A stretch of DNA of 64,000 bases from a virus, in the IMG/VR virus record IMGVR_UViG_3300020185_004854, positions 4,544 to 68,543 of that record, one strand, 5' to 3'. Shown here one piece after another: positions 9,943-19,124 of this stretch. Below the pieces are notes generated by a model. The model was given only the letters and a program-made list of their open reading frames with translations, was not told where the DNA came from and did not search any database. Made by a program: the position numbers and the translations under genes. Position 1 is the stretch's first letter; every line of letters starts with the position of its first letter.

Positions 9943-10336
9943 TTTGTTTTTTATTTTTTAGATAATCAGAAGCAATACCCTGCTCTTGATGCTGAAGGGC
10001 TACTTTTGAAGGATGACTGCTAAAACCTCTTGATGGAGCGTACCTCGGCTTTAAGGAAGCTATGAGCTTTCTACCTGCGTTGCTATATGGATTTGGTATC
10101 ATACAATTTGGTTTTTTAGGGTGAATCATATACCCCTCTTTTATTAAATCAAACATTGGATGACCAATAGGTAAAACCCATTGACCATATTGATTTTTAA
10201 TAGCTCCAAAAGTATTTTGAGTAACTTTGCAGGGGTTGTAAACCTCCCCCTTCACAAAGCCAAATTTTTCGGATTGTCGCTGACCAAAACAAAAAATGCT
10301 AAAAGTAAGCAAAATTATGTTAAATATTTTTTTCAT
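9929..10336 (-). CDS. putative exported protein
   Basis: signal-like MKKIFNIILLTFSIFCFG; own sigma70 promoter at 10374-10346. Confidence 0.55.
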   Translation of the reverse strand: MKKIFNIILLTFSIFCFGQRQSEKFGFVKGEVYNPCKVTQNTFGAIKNQYGQWVLPIGHPMFDLIKEGYMIHPKKPNCMIPNPYSNAGRKLIASLKPRYAPSRGFSSHPSKVALQHQEQGIASDYLKNKKQNVKK

Positions 10337-10377
10337 AACAACTCCACACTACAGCTAAAAAAAAGAAGTGTCAAGCC

Positions 10378-10929
10378 TTAAATATCAAGTCTTGTTGGAA
10401 TAATCGTTTCCCCCTTGTCGTTTTTAACTAGCGCATTAACCAATTTACATTTAGCCGAATTAGCTATAAAAACTTTTGAATTACCTTTAGAATCTAAAAT
10501 TCTACTTAAATTATTTGGATTTATTTCAACACATTCTAATAAATCTTTTCCATTATACTTACCTGCATCGTAGGAATGAGGGTACAAACCTTCTTCTTTA
10601 TTTAAATAACAAATAATTCTTCCATATTTAATATTAGCATTCAATTTGTAACTAACAAAACACCCTATGCAAAAATCTTTTTTTTCAAGCAATTGATTCC
10701 TTGGGGTGTATGGTTTACATTTACTCCTTCTTATCTTAAAGCTTTTAATTTTACCAATCATTTTTTCAATTGGCTTTAAAGTTTTTGGATGAACTTGCAT
10801 ACATTCAAAAGTAGGATCAGATTTATTGTCGGATAATATAGTTAATATTTCACCAACTCTTTTTTGCAATTTAAAAGATTTTTCTTTCACGAAATCTCCT
10901 ATGGATAGTTCCCTGTTTGTTTTTTTCAT
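10378..10929 (-). CDS. hypothetical protein with an internal tandem duplicated domain
   Basis: IGDFV..ECMQVHP..KCK repeated as IGCFV..ECVEINP..KCK. Confidence 0.6.
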   Translation of the reverse strand: MKKTNRELSIGDFVKEKSFKLQKRVGEILTILSDNKSDPTFECMQVHPKTLKPIEKMIGKIKSFKIRRSKCKPYTPRNQLLEKKDFCIGCFVSYKLNANIKYGRIICYLNKEEGLYPHSYDAGKYNGKDLLECVEINPNNLSRILDSKGNSKVFIANSAKCKLVNALVKNDKGETIIPTRLDI

Positions 10930-11927
10930 GCGGTAATTGAATTCCCCCTCAAGAGACGAATAGCTTTATCTTTAGCTTTAACTTCACATTCCCATTTAGC
11001 CTCTTTATTTGGGTCGATAGCAATATGCGGTGGAATGTTACCAAGGGCAAAATAATCTGCGTGTGATCTTGGTTTATCGGGCTTACCCTCTGACCAATGG
11101 AAGACAGGAGCAAGAAAGTTATTATCCCCAACCCCTTGGTTTACCCATGTATACGCACAACGCTCTGCTTGGAATGAAACATTGTGATCTTCTGATGGGT
11201 TACAGAAATCGTGTAGGTTATCATAACAAACAGGAATATTTGCGCCAAATGTTTCAAACAAATGGTCGCTAAATTTAATGCAGTTATCTACATTGAAGAA
11301 ACCTTTGTCTTCATTTTCGATAGTCAAGCGTTTATAAACACCTTTCTCACACATAGAAAGATTACGAAAAAATCTAGTCGCAACTATCTCTAGTGTTTCA
11401 TCCATTTTTGGAGTATAATTAATATGTATGTTCATTGGCGCGGTATGGTCTTGTGGAAGACCTAACATATCAAGAACACTTGCTTGAAAATTTAGCTCAT
11501 TTATTGTACGAGCAACTTTATCTCTATCGGGAGATGCAAGAACATTAAATTGGTCGGGATGAGAACCCATGCTAACACCATGTTCTCTAGCAGTATCGCC
11601 TACTTTTTTTAATTCTTCTTGGATTTGCTTAATATCGGGCAACTCTTCAATATCAATACCCAAAGTTTCATCGGTAACGAGAGGAAAAAGAGCAGAACTA
11701 ACACGATAATGCCCGATATTTGACTTAGCACAATGACCAACAATAGATTCAGTAACAACAACATTATGCAAAATTCTATTAGATAACTCTTTAATTGTTT
11801 CATCTCTACCATCTTTTACACATAAATCATTGAATCGTTTACGAGTCATCGTGCGAAAAGAATATCTTTTTTTATCTTTTTCTTTAAGCTCTTCGCTAAT
11901 ACAAGTTAATCCTAAAATAGTTTTCAT
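10926..11927 (-). CDS. uvsE: UV damage endonuclease
   Basis: YRVSSALFP, HPDQFNVL, NIH, RLTIENED, YDNLH, HADY, EVKAKD motifs. Confidence 0.92.
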   Translation of the reverse strand: MKTILGLTCISEELKEKDKKRYSFRTMTRKRFNDLCVKDGRDETIKELSNRILHNVVVTESIVGHCAKSNIGHYRVSSALFPLVTDETLGIDIEELPDIKQIQEELKKVGDTAREHGVSMGSHPDQFNVLASPDRDKVARTINELNFQASVLDMLGLPQDHTAPMNIHINYTPKMDETLEIVATRFFRNLSMCEKGVYKRLTIENEDKGFFNVDNCIKFSDHLFETFGANIPVCYDNLHDFCNPSEDHNVSFQAERCAYTWVNQGVGDNNFLAPVFHWSEGKPDKPRSHADYFALGNIPPHIAIDPNKEAKWECEVKAKDKAIRLLRGNSITA

Positions 11928-11987
11928 AAGTAAAGTTTATAATTTATAACATATAATGTCAACATCTTTTTATACCACACTAATAAA

Positions 11988-12926
11988 TTAATCAAAAACC
12001 TTGCAAAGCTCTAAACCTTTTCCTGTTATCTTTCTCTTACCATCAATTTCAATGAGGTTCTGATTTAATAAATACAATTCGTGATCTCTTTGCAATGCGG
12101 TTTTACTCATACCGATTTTTGCCGCAAGTCCTGTTAGGGTTGCTGAACCACAATTATTTAAAGCTTGTAAAATTTGTTTTTCAGTATAAGTGATTCCATA
12201 TGGTAAGATGCCGACTTGGTCAGATAGATCAGCGAAATGTTGTAATCCAAAAACATAACAATCTCTCGCTCCACAATATAATTCTATCTCCTTAGCCCTC
12301 TTTACTGCGCTACGAGCATTACCTCTAATTGTACTAGCAATTTTTTCTTCAACTCTATTTATAAACTCAACTTCGGGCGCACACAATTTTAATATATCAG
12401 ATAAATGAGTAGGGCTATATGCCTCAAAGTCAACTATAGTCAATCTATCCTTGAGTGGTGGGAAAATTTTATCAGTCTCTGTAGTGGCAAAAAGAAAAGT
12501 TTGCTTTGTAAAATTAAATTCAAAAGTCATTTCGTTCCATTCAAAAGTCTTTCTCGTATTAGATTCGGCATTAAAAATAGTCAAAAATGCCATTGTTAAA
12601 TCTTGAGGTAAGGCATGGCATTCATCAAACAAGATGGTGATCTCATTATCAGCAATAAGAGGGAGAAAGATTTGTTCAAAAAATTGCTCATTGTTTTTAA
12701 TTGTAGAGCAATTAAGTTCTAGGAAGGATCTTTTGTCCCCATCTCGATTGTATAAATTTTTAGCAAACGCTTTAGCGAACTCTGTTTTACCCAAACCTTT
12801 AGCTCCAGACATTAGAAGGAAAGGGCATTGAGAAGTCTTGTTAAAAGCATCTAAATAAAAAGAAAGCTTTTTCTTTACTGCATCTTGTCCTACTAATCCT
12901 TTAAAATAATTATTTTTCATCATCAA
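11988..12926 (-). CDS. ruvB: RuvB-like Holliday junction AAA+ ATPase
   Basis: VGQ, GAKGLGKT, FDECH, ATTE, PLKDR, RGNAR and a C-terminal winged-helix region. Confidence 0.85.
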   Translation of the reverse strand: MMMKNNYFKGLVGQDAVKKKLSFYLDAFNKTSQCPFLLMSGAKGLGKTEFAKAFAKNLYNRDGDKRSFLELNCSTIKNNEQFFEQIFLPLIADNEITILFDECHALPQDLTMAFLTIFNAESNTRKTFEWNEMTFEFNFTKQTFLFATTETDKIFPPLKDRLTIVDFEAYSPTHLSDILKLCAPEVEFINRVEEKIASTIRGNARSAVKRAKEIELYCGARDCYVFGLQHFADLSDQVGILPYGITYTEKQILQALNNCGSATLTGLAAKIGMSKTALQRDHELYLLNQNLIEIDGKRKITGKGLELCKVFD

Positions 12927-13146
12927 ATTTGGTTAAAGTATATTCTATTTTCGAGTCAATATCTTCAACATTATCCTCTTTAGGGATTTTGTCAAGAGGA
13001 ATATCATCTTCCATTTCATTCCCCATCAATACCTGCAACCATTTTTTAGAAACAGGGATTTTCGTTTTACATCCAACCCAATCACTTAGGTCTTCGTAGC
13101 TAATTTCTGTATATGGGCTATGTCCTTTTGGTCTTCCTCTTTTCAT
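12910..13146 (-). CDS. small DNA-binding protein (AT-hook-like)
   Basis: N-terminal KRGRPKG. Confidence 0.5.
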   Translation of the reverse strand: MKRGRPKGHSPYTEISYEDLSDWVGCKTKIPVSKKWLQVLMGNEMEDDIPLDKIPKEDNVEDIDSKIEYTLTKFDDEK

Positions 13147-13226
13147 AATAAATTAATATTATAATAAGAAATTTAGAATGTCAATAGCGTTTTGTATTTT
13201 CTTTGATTTGGGTAAATTCTCTATTG

Positions 13227-13625
13227 TTAAGAGTTATTTATAATTTCCCATCGATTGTCGTAATTCAATCTAAAACTACCTTCATGTTGATCTCCCCAAG
13301 TACATTCGTTTGGAGCGAATAAACTCATGAAGTATTTTTTATTATCTTTTTGGTACAAGTGATATATGTTACCGATAACAGGTTTCATTTTCATTTCAGC
13401 ATTAAATATTACTTCGTTCCATTTAAAATCTTCAGCTAATTCTTCAAATTCTTTTTTTAATTTATTAAATCGCTCTTCATAGTGTTTATTTGCAGAGTGA
13501 ACCGCTCCAATCTTCCATCCACCGAGACTATGATCGGGCTTAATTACAGGTGCAGATAGATTACTTGCATAAGGTAGGGCATAAGCATTTGGTACATAAC
13601 TATCGGGTAATTCTTTTTTGCTCAT
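13227..13625 (-). CDS. DUF2452-like protein
   Basis: LPYASNLSAP..KPVIGNIYHLY..LFAPNE..W; start revised to ATG 13625. Confidence 0.7.
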   Translation of the reverse strand: MSKKELPDSYVPNAYALPYASNLSAPVIKPDHSLGGWKIGAVHSANKHYEERFNKLKKEFEELAEDFKWNEVIFNAEMKMKPVIGNIYHLYQKDNKKYFMSLFAPNECTWGDQHEGSFRLNYDNRWEIINNS

Positions 13626-13816
13626 TACCAATTTTTGATTATATTTGCCATTATAAAAAAACAAGTTGTTATATTTACAACGACTATAATCGTTCTCAAG
13701 ATCAAGCTAAAACTAGCCTCTCTAAGCGAAAGGATTGGAGTATTGGGTTCATCTTTATCAGTTTTGCCGACTCGATGATCTAAAGTTCTAGCCCAAATTA
13801 AATAAAGTTTTTTCAT
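13625..13816 (-). CDS. conserved phage small membrane protein
   Basis: IWARTL..K...LRT followed by a hydrophobic helix. Confidence 0.6.
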   Translation of the reverse strand: MKKLYLIWARTLDHRVGKTDKDEPNTPILSLREASFSLILRTIIVVVNITTCFFIMANIIKNW

Positions 13817-13824
13817 TATTGTAT

Positions 13825-13839
13825 GTGTATATATTACAC
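13825..13839. promoter_or_regulatory. palindromic GTGTA-N5-TACAC element between divergent genes
   Basis: GTGTATATATTACAC carries the GTGTA motif on both strands. Confidence 0.6.
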
Positions 13840-14034
13840 ATGAAAAAGGAAGTCCGCATTGAAATAACTGAAGAAATGTTTAAACAATGGAGCGAATGGG
13901 CAAAACAAAAAAACAGCTCGTTAAATGAGTATATAATAAATTCTGTAGAAGGTCAAGCTATAAAAGAAATGATTATTAATTATTTAAACGAGAGGGACGA
14001 GCAAGAACCTCAATGGGAATTTCGTAATTTTTAA
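13840..14034 (+). CDS. ribbon-helix-helix DNA-binding protein
   Basis: VRIEITEEMFKQWSEWAKQKNSSLNEYIINSV; start revised to ATG 13840. Confidence 0.65.
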   Translation: MKKEVRIEITEEMFKQWSEWAKQKNSSLNEYIINSVEGQAIKEMIINYLNERDEQEPQWEFRNF

Positions 14035-14044
14035 TTAATTAAAT

Positions 14045-14419
14045 CTATCTCAGCTCATCATATACTCTATAAGAGTCTGAATTTTTATGAAACGTACTCG
14101 CTTCAATCAATTTCACCGATCCATTGTGAGCAATAAGTTGGTGAGGTTGACCTTGCTTTATTTCATATTTATCGCCCTTATTTAAGATGATGCAGCTTGA
14201 TTGACCAATTTTAGTATCGATTAGCTCAAGAGCGAGTTGCCCCTCTAGTATATAAAATACCTCATGTTTTTCGAGATGAAAGTGCATAGATGTATGGCGC
14301 TCTTCTTTAATAAATAATTCTTTCCCGCAGTAATTTTCTTCTTCATTATTTGCGAACCATATTTCATGCCCCCATCTTTTTTCTACAAATTTAGTTTTTG
14401 CGCTCATTTTGTTTGTCAT
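14045..14419 (-). CDS. cupin (mannose-6-phosphate isomerase-like)
   Basis: KRWGHE..YCGK..SMHFH..KHEVFY..PH..EAST..DSYR. Confidence 0.8.
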   Translation of the reverse strand: MTNKMSAKTKFVEKRWGHEIWFANNEEENYCGKELFIKEERHTSMHFHLEKHEVFYILEGQLALELIDTKIGQSSCIILNKGDKYEIKQGQPHQLIAHNGSVKLIEASTFHKNSDSYRVYDELR

Positions 14420-14828
14420 TTTCTGCTTGTCGTATTCTTTTTCTCAATTCTGTGCTTGAAAAGTTATGCGAGCGCTTATTGTAGTAAATCTCTATACCTT
14501 TTGTTAAGCAAATATCTTTACCTGAAAATTCAGTATCTTTATAATCCGAGCCAATAATTCTAACATTAATGGGATAGGTCAATAAAATATCATGCAAATC
14601 TTTTTCAAGATTATATGGAATCACTTCATCAACATATTGCACCGAAGATAATTGAATATAACGCTCAACGACACTTTGTATAGGTTTATTTTTATTTGGT
14701 CGCTCAACTTGTGGATCAACATGAAGTCCACAAACTAAATAATCACAAACAGATTTTGCTTCAGCTAACATAGCAATATGCCCTGCATGAAGTAAATCAA
14801 ATGTACTAAATGTAATTCCCGTTTTCAT
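14391..14828 (-). CDS. tagD: glycerol-3-phosphate cytidylyltransferase-like
   Basis: TFSTFDLLHAGH ... FSSTELR. Confidence 0.85.
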   Translation of the reverse strand: MKTGITFSTFDLLHAGHIAMLAEAKSVCDYLVCGLHVDPQVERPNKNKPIQSVVERYIQLSSVQYVDEVIPYNLEKDLHDILLTYPINVRIIGSDYKDTEFSGKDICLTKGIEIYYNKRSHNFSSTELRKRIRQAENDKQNERKN

Positions 14829-14903
14829 TTTGAATTTCTCGCATTATTTGTTTTTTTAAAAAATCGAATTTAAACTTTATTTAAAATAAATTAATTATTT
14901 AAT

Positions 14904-15329
14904 TCACATATTAACGCTCCACTCTTCAGAGTGACTCGTCCAATCTTTATATTTTTCATCTCCTCCACGAATATACCAATCAGAATCAATAGTTAATTTT
15001 GAAGAAATTCCTCCACGAGGATTAAAAATCATTGTTAGTCTTAATCTATCGGGTTCATAAACATCATCAAGATGATCAAAAAATATATTAATTAGCCTTT
15101 CGTAGGATACAACAATATCTCTCAAATTATAGACATATTCTTTTAAACTTTTTAACTCAATAATTTTATTTTTAGGGTAAAAACTAATATAAGCATTTGC
15201 AAAATCGGGTTGATTTTTGACCCCAAGGAAAGTAAATTCGGGGATTTTTACTTTTATTTCATAAGAATTAGCGCTTGGGTTGGGCAAAGATTTTAGAAGC
15301 TTTTGATTTATTTGGTCATATTTTTTCAT
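14904..15329 (-). CDS. QueF-like T-fold protein lacking the catalytic Cys
   Basis: PEFT..QPDFA, ELKSLKEY and PRGGI motifs of short QueF; no Cys anywhere in the protein. Confidence 0.8.
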   Translation of the reverse strand: MKKYDQINQKLLKSLPNPSANSYEIKVKIPEFTFLGVKNQPDFANAYISFYPKNKIIELKSLKEYVYNLRDIVVSYERLINIFFDHLDDVYEPDRLRLTMIFNPRGGISSKLTIDSDWYIRGGDEKYKDWTSHSEEWSVNM

Positions 15330-15360
15330 GAATATATATTACATATAGAAGTTTAGATTT

Positions 15361-15819
15361 CTAGTGATTTGTTCGATCTTGAACTATTTTATTATAATAA
15401 TCTTTATCCCAAAAACTGTAATAGTTTGTATTATGTAATCGTTTAGAATACTCATTCAATTCAGATAATCTTTGAATCATCAAAATCGCATACTCTTTAT
15501 TGTTTGTCTCTATTCCATTTATTTTGTTTATTTGATCGGGGTGATCCCATATTAACCACAGGTCATTTATTTTTGCAAACTGCTGGTGATCGTTGCAAAA
15601 TTCTTCTAGCCATTTTTTATCAAATTGTTTTGAGTCACCATAAATTAAATACAACATTGGATGATTTTTATTTTGTATGCAATCAAATGCATCTGCCATA
15701 AAATTAGTGGATTCAATTATTTTTATTTTATCTAAAAAAGTTTTAGCGAAGGGGCAAATTGAGTGATCTCCAAGCTCTTTTCTTTTTAATGAAATATAAT
15801 CAATATAATCTTTTATCAC
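15361..15819 (-). CDS. CPF-motif protein (DUF1415/YqcI-YcgG-like)
   Basis: ICPFAK, DHP, LMIQR motifs. Confidence 0.55.
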   Translation of the reverse strand: MIKDYIDYISLKRKELGDHSICPFAKTFLDKIKIIESTNFMADAFDCIQNKNHPMLYLIYGDSKQFDKKWLEEFCNDHQQFAKINDLWLIWDHPDQINKINGIETNNKEYAILMIQRLSELNEYSKRLHNTNYYSFWDKDYYNKIVQDRTNH

Positions 15820-15828
15820 AATTTAAAA

Positions 15829-16704
15829 TTAAATATGATTATTAAAATCATCATGAATAATTTTTTGCCAATTTGAAAAATATGCTAAATTGGCGGGTCT
15901 ATCTTTAACTTCATTATATAAGTTTTCAATAAGATTTTTATTTTGAAGATCTTCTATGCGATCAAGCATAATAATTGGTAATTGGGAGTATAGTTTTTTA
16001 TAAATAGCATATTCCTTATTATTTGGCAAAATATCGCTCGAACCTTGCCAAGATTTTTGATCTGCAAAAATTGTAAGAGGAACTCTGTTTAAGTATAAAA
16101 CTTCCCATAATCGATGAGTATCAAGACCATTACCCGCAGGGCATAAAGTAATTTTATGATCTAGAATTGATTGATGAAAATCAGGAGTAGATTTTCTCTC
16201 ACCAGAGGTTATAAAATCAACATTTTGCGCAAAATCATGAACAGCTTGCCTGTGAATAGGGTTTGTTCTAATGGTGAAATTAGAATAAATTAAATTTTCA
16301 GCTCGATTAATATTTTTATCTTCGTCAGTATGTGTAATTAATAGATCTTGCAATTCTTTTGATCTATCATAGTAAACTCCGTGATCAAATCCTCTACGAC
16401 AAATTACACTGCTTTCTAAACCCATTGGAACTGGGACAAAGCGATTATCATTACATAATACATTTTGCCCATAAAGCCGAACTAAATTTTTAGGAGCTTG
16501 ACGAACATGATTTTCTGTGATTGGGTAATCAGAATTACCCGTCAGTAAAATTATTTTTTTGTTCAAATTTTTTAGTCGATCAAACTCTTGAAGAAGGGGG
16601 TCAGTTTTGCAAAAAATGATGCTGGCGTTAGCAGAATCCCGAACAATATAAGAAAATTTATTAGTTTCTATGTAGTCTCCAGCTCTTTCAATATATTCTT
16701 TCAT
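15829..16704 (-). CDS. exostosin/GT47-like glycosyltransferase
   Basis: LCPAGNGLDTHRLWEVLYL..P. Confidence 0.75.
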   Translation of the reverse strand: MKEYIERAGDYIETNKFSYIVRDSANASIIFCKTDPLLQEFDRLKNLNKKIILLTGNSDYPITENHVRQAPKNLVRLYGQNVLCNDNRFVPVPMGLESSVICRRGFDHGVYYDRSKELQDLLITHTDEDKNINRAENLIYSNFTIRTNPIHRQAVHDFAQNVDFITSGERKSTPDFHQSILDHKITLCPAGNGLDTHRLWEVLYLNRVPLTIFADQKSWQGSSDILPNNKEYAIYKKLYSQLPIIMLDRIEDLQNKNLIENLYNEVKDRPANLAYFSNWQKIIHDDFNNHI

Positions 16705-16724
16705 TTATTATGATTAAAATAATT

Positions 16725-17447
16725 TCACTTTAAAAATAAAGTTATTGGATTTGTTTTGTCAATATTTAAATCTTCACTTAAAATTTTAAAACCATATTCT
16801 TTAATAAGATTGTTAAAATTTTGTATTCCTACCCAATACCAACGACCTGTAATATGTTCACCATCTTTATCTAATAGAGCCAACTTAATTAAGTCTTCAT
16901 CAGAATTTATGCCTTCTGCCTTATTTGGTAAATAACCTTTTATAAACCACTTGTTTTCTGGCTCATTATTTAAATATTTTTCGGCATCTGCATACATTAT
17001 ATTTAAAATGCAAGATGTTTTACATTTTTTTGTTAATGTAGATATGTATTCTTTTTGACCTGAATAAGAAATATGACAAAAGACATCATAGGAAAAAACA
17101 TAATCTATTGAATTATCGGGGATGTTATTTAATGAAAAATCGTCTACCTGAATATATTCAATCTTATCTTTTTTATCTTCTCCAACATAGCCCCAGAAAT
17201 TGTTGTGTTCAGCAGACAATACGTCAACGCAATATATTTTATCAAATATATTTTGATCGTATATGAATTTACTCCATTGCCCCCGCCCACAACCTATCTC
17301 TAAGCATGTTTTTCCCACTAAACCATTTGATAGGTAGTCTTCCAGTCCTTTTTGATTTCTTTTTGGGGTGTACCCTGTTTTGAAACCCCCCTTCCAAATT
17401 TGTTTAAAGCTATTAATTTCGTTTGATAATTTATTGCTATTATTCAT
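16725..17447 (-). CDS. class I SAM-dependent methyltransferase
   Basis: LEIGCGRGQW, CVD, IDYVFSYDVFCH. Confidence 0.85.
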   Translation of the reverse strand: MNNSNKLSNEINSFKQIWKGGFKTGYTPKRNQKGLEDYLSNGLVGKTCLEIGCGRGQWSKFIYDQNIFDKIYCVDVLSAEHNNFWGYVGEDKKDKIEYIQVDDFSLNNIPDNSIDYVFSYDVFCHISYSGQKEYISTLTKKCKTSCILNIMYADAEKYLNNEPENKWFIKGYLPNKAEGINSDEDLIKLALLDKDGEHITGRWYWVGIQNFNNLIKEYGFKILSEDLNIDKTNPITLFLK

Positions 17448-17485
17448 ATAATATATTATAAAAATTTACATTTAGAAATCAATAT

Positions 17486-18286
17486 TTATTTAAAATAATT
17501 TTTGTCGTCATATCGTTTTATTTTATCTAAATCACTTGTTTTAGTAATTTTAGAATCTCTTTCGCATAAAAATTTGTAGTGTTCAATATCATCAGACCAA
17601 TCTTGCCCAGTCCAGAATTCAAACCCTTTGTAGTCAGATTTATAAATACAACAATTTTCGTAACCCATTCCCATATACATATAATCTTTATTGTTTTTTA
17701 TACAATAATCTATCTCAGCGAGATTTGCATATTTGCCTAAATATAATTTTGGTTCTGAATAATCCCAAGCGAATTGAGTGGAGAATACGCTATTACTACC
17801 GACATCCCTCATGTAAGTAAAAGCTATTGGAGTATGCCAGCCGCCTTTTTCAGAAGAAGTAGAGTGGTAAACCAAAAAGAATTTACGCTCTTTCTCTAAT
17901 TTAATTAAAGGAGCTAAACTCCAAGGTTTAAAATTTTTATATTCTATATATTTATCAAATATATTAGTTAACACGTCTAAATTTACCTCTTGAGCTTTAT
18001 AAGCCTTTATTTCAATATTATTGCATTTTTTTCTAGTCTTTTTTGCGCTTTTACTATCTTCAAACTTTTTTAAATTTATCCTGGTTTGTCTAGCTTGATA
18101 CCAATGGTTTTTGTCGCCATTATTTGGGATGAAGTAGTCGTCAGGTAACCAGCCTTCTTGTAAAGCTAAATCCTCTTCTTCTAATGGTACTTCAGCCATG
18201 CAGTCAAAAAACATATAATCATATTGAGTAATCGCCCCAGAATAATGTCGAAAATAAATTTGGATATCAGTATTTGGTTTCATCAC
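17486..18286 (-). CDS. aminoacyl-tRNA-protein transferase (ATE/Bpt family)
   Basis: LQEGW..RTRI(N); C-terminal WDY..KLYLGKYA.LAEI....KDYMYMG..Y....YK..Y.GFE matches the ATE_C pattern. Confidence 0.75.
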   Translation of the reverse strand: MMKPNTDIQIYFRHYSGAITQYDYMFFDCMAEVPLEEEDLALQEGWLPDDYFIPNNGDKNHWYQARQTRINLKKFEDSKSAKKTRKKCNNIEIKAYKAQEVNLDVLTNIFDKYIEYKNFKPWSLAPLIKLEKERKFFLVYHSTSSEKGGWHTPIAFTYMRDVGSNSVFSTQFAWDYSEPKLYLGKYANLAEIDYCIKNNKDYMYMGMGYENCCIYKSDYKGFEFWTGQDWSDDIEHYKFLCERDSKITKTSDLDKIKRYDDKNYFK

Positions 18287-18656
18287 CTATAATCCAACCT
18301 TCTGTAGCTGATAAAGATCTATCTAGATATTTACACCCAAGGCTAATAGGCTCAAACTTCTTAAACTCTTCCAAAACTAGAAAATGGTCAAAAGGCTTGC
18401 AACTATAAATATCCAATTGAACTAAATTCGGGTCTGTTTTCTCCCAAGAATGCAAAGCAATATGACTAGTAGTTATTAAACAAAACGAGCTAATTCCTTC
18501 ATTACCTTTTTTATCACACCTCACTGATCTAGGTGCATATAAAATTTTCATATCAATCAAATCGACTAAATCTCTTATCCAATCACTTGTAAAGGTAGGG
18601 TTGCGAAAAGGAGTTGATTTAAATGTCGAATTAACTAAAAGGTGCTTATGATCCAT
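18267..18656 (-). CDS. speD: pyruvoyl-dependent AdoMet decarboxylase-family proenzyme
   Basis: HLL..GIS..LITTSHIALHSW..LDIYSC; self-cleavage site T-SH (usually E-SH). Confidence 0.85.
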   Translation of the reverse strand: MDHKHLLVNSTFKSTPFRNPTFTSDWIRDLVDLIDMKILYAPRSVRCDKKGNEGISSFCLITTSHIALHSWEKTDPNLVQLDIYSCKPFDHFLVLEEFKKFEPISLGCKYLDRSLSATEGWIIGDETKY

Positions 18657-18669
18657 AATAATGGATACA

Positions 18670-19122
18670 CTAAAACAATCTCCAATATTTAATTTCTTTT
18701 TTAAAATCTGAGATTTTTACCATAGAAATAATATCTTTCCTACCCGATCTTTGGTATAATCTATAGAGAGCTAAACGAGAAGAGGTGACAAAATTAACAT
18801 TCGTAATTTTTTTTCTCAACCAATTAAGCAAGCTATCCCTTTCCACTATTAAAAAATAATCTTTTTGCTCAAATGCTATGAAGTCAGCTTTACCCTTTAG
18901 CCACCCAAGGTTACCTCGAACATTCTGAATTTCAAGCCAAGCTATATCGTGATTATAATTGCCATCAGAACGAGAAACTTTTTTAAGCCCTTTGACATCT
19001 ACCAGAGATTTGTTCACTTTAAAATCCCAATGTTCATAAATATCTTGATTTTTTGTAGCTTTAGATATTTGAAATTTTTTTCCCAAGCACATGTTTTTAA
19101 ACCTTAATTCGCTAGCATTCAT
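18670..19122 (-). CDS. PD-(D/E)XK-like nuclease
   Basis: HWDF...VDVKG...WLE..NVRG..GWL.G.ADFIAFE. Confidence 0.65.
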   Translation of the reverse strand: MNASELRFKNMCLGKKFQISKATKNQDIYEHWDFKVNKSLVDVKGLKKVSRSDGNYNHDIAWLEIQNVRGNLGWLKGKADFIAFEQKDYFLIVERDSLLNWLRKKITNVNFVTSSRLALYRLYQRSGRKDIISMVKISDFKKEIKYWRLF

Positions 19123-19124
19123 TT

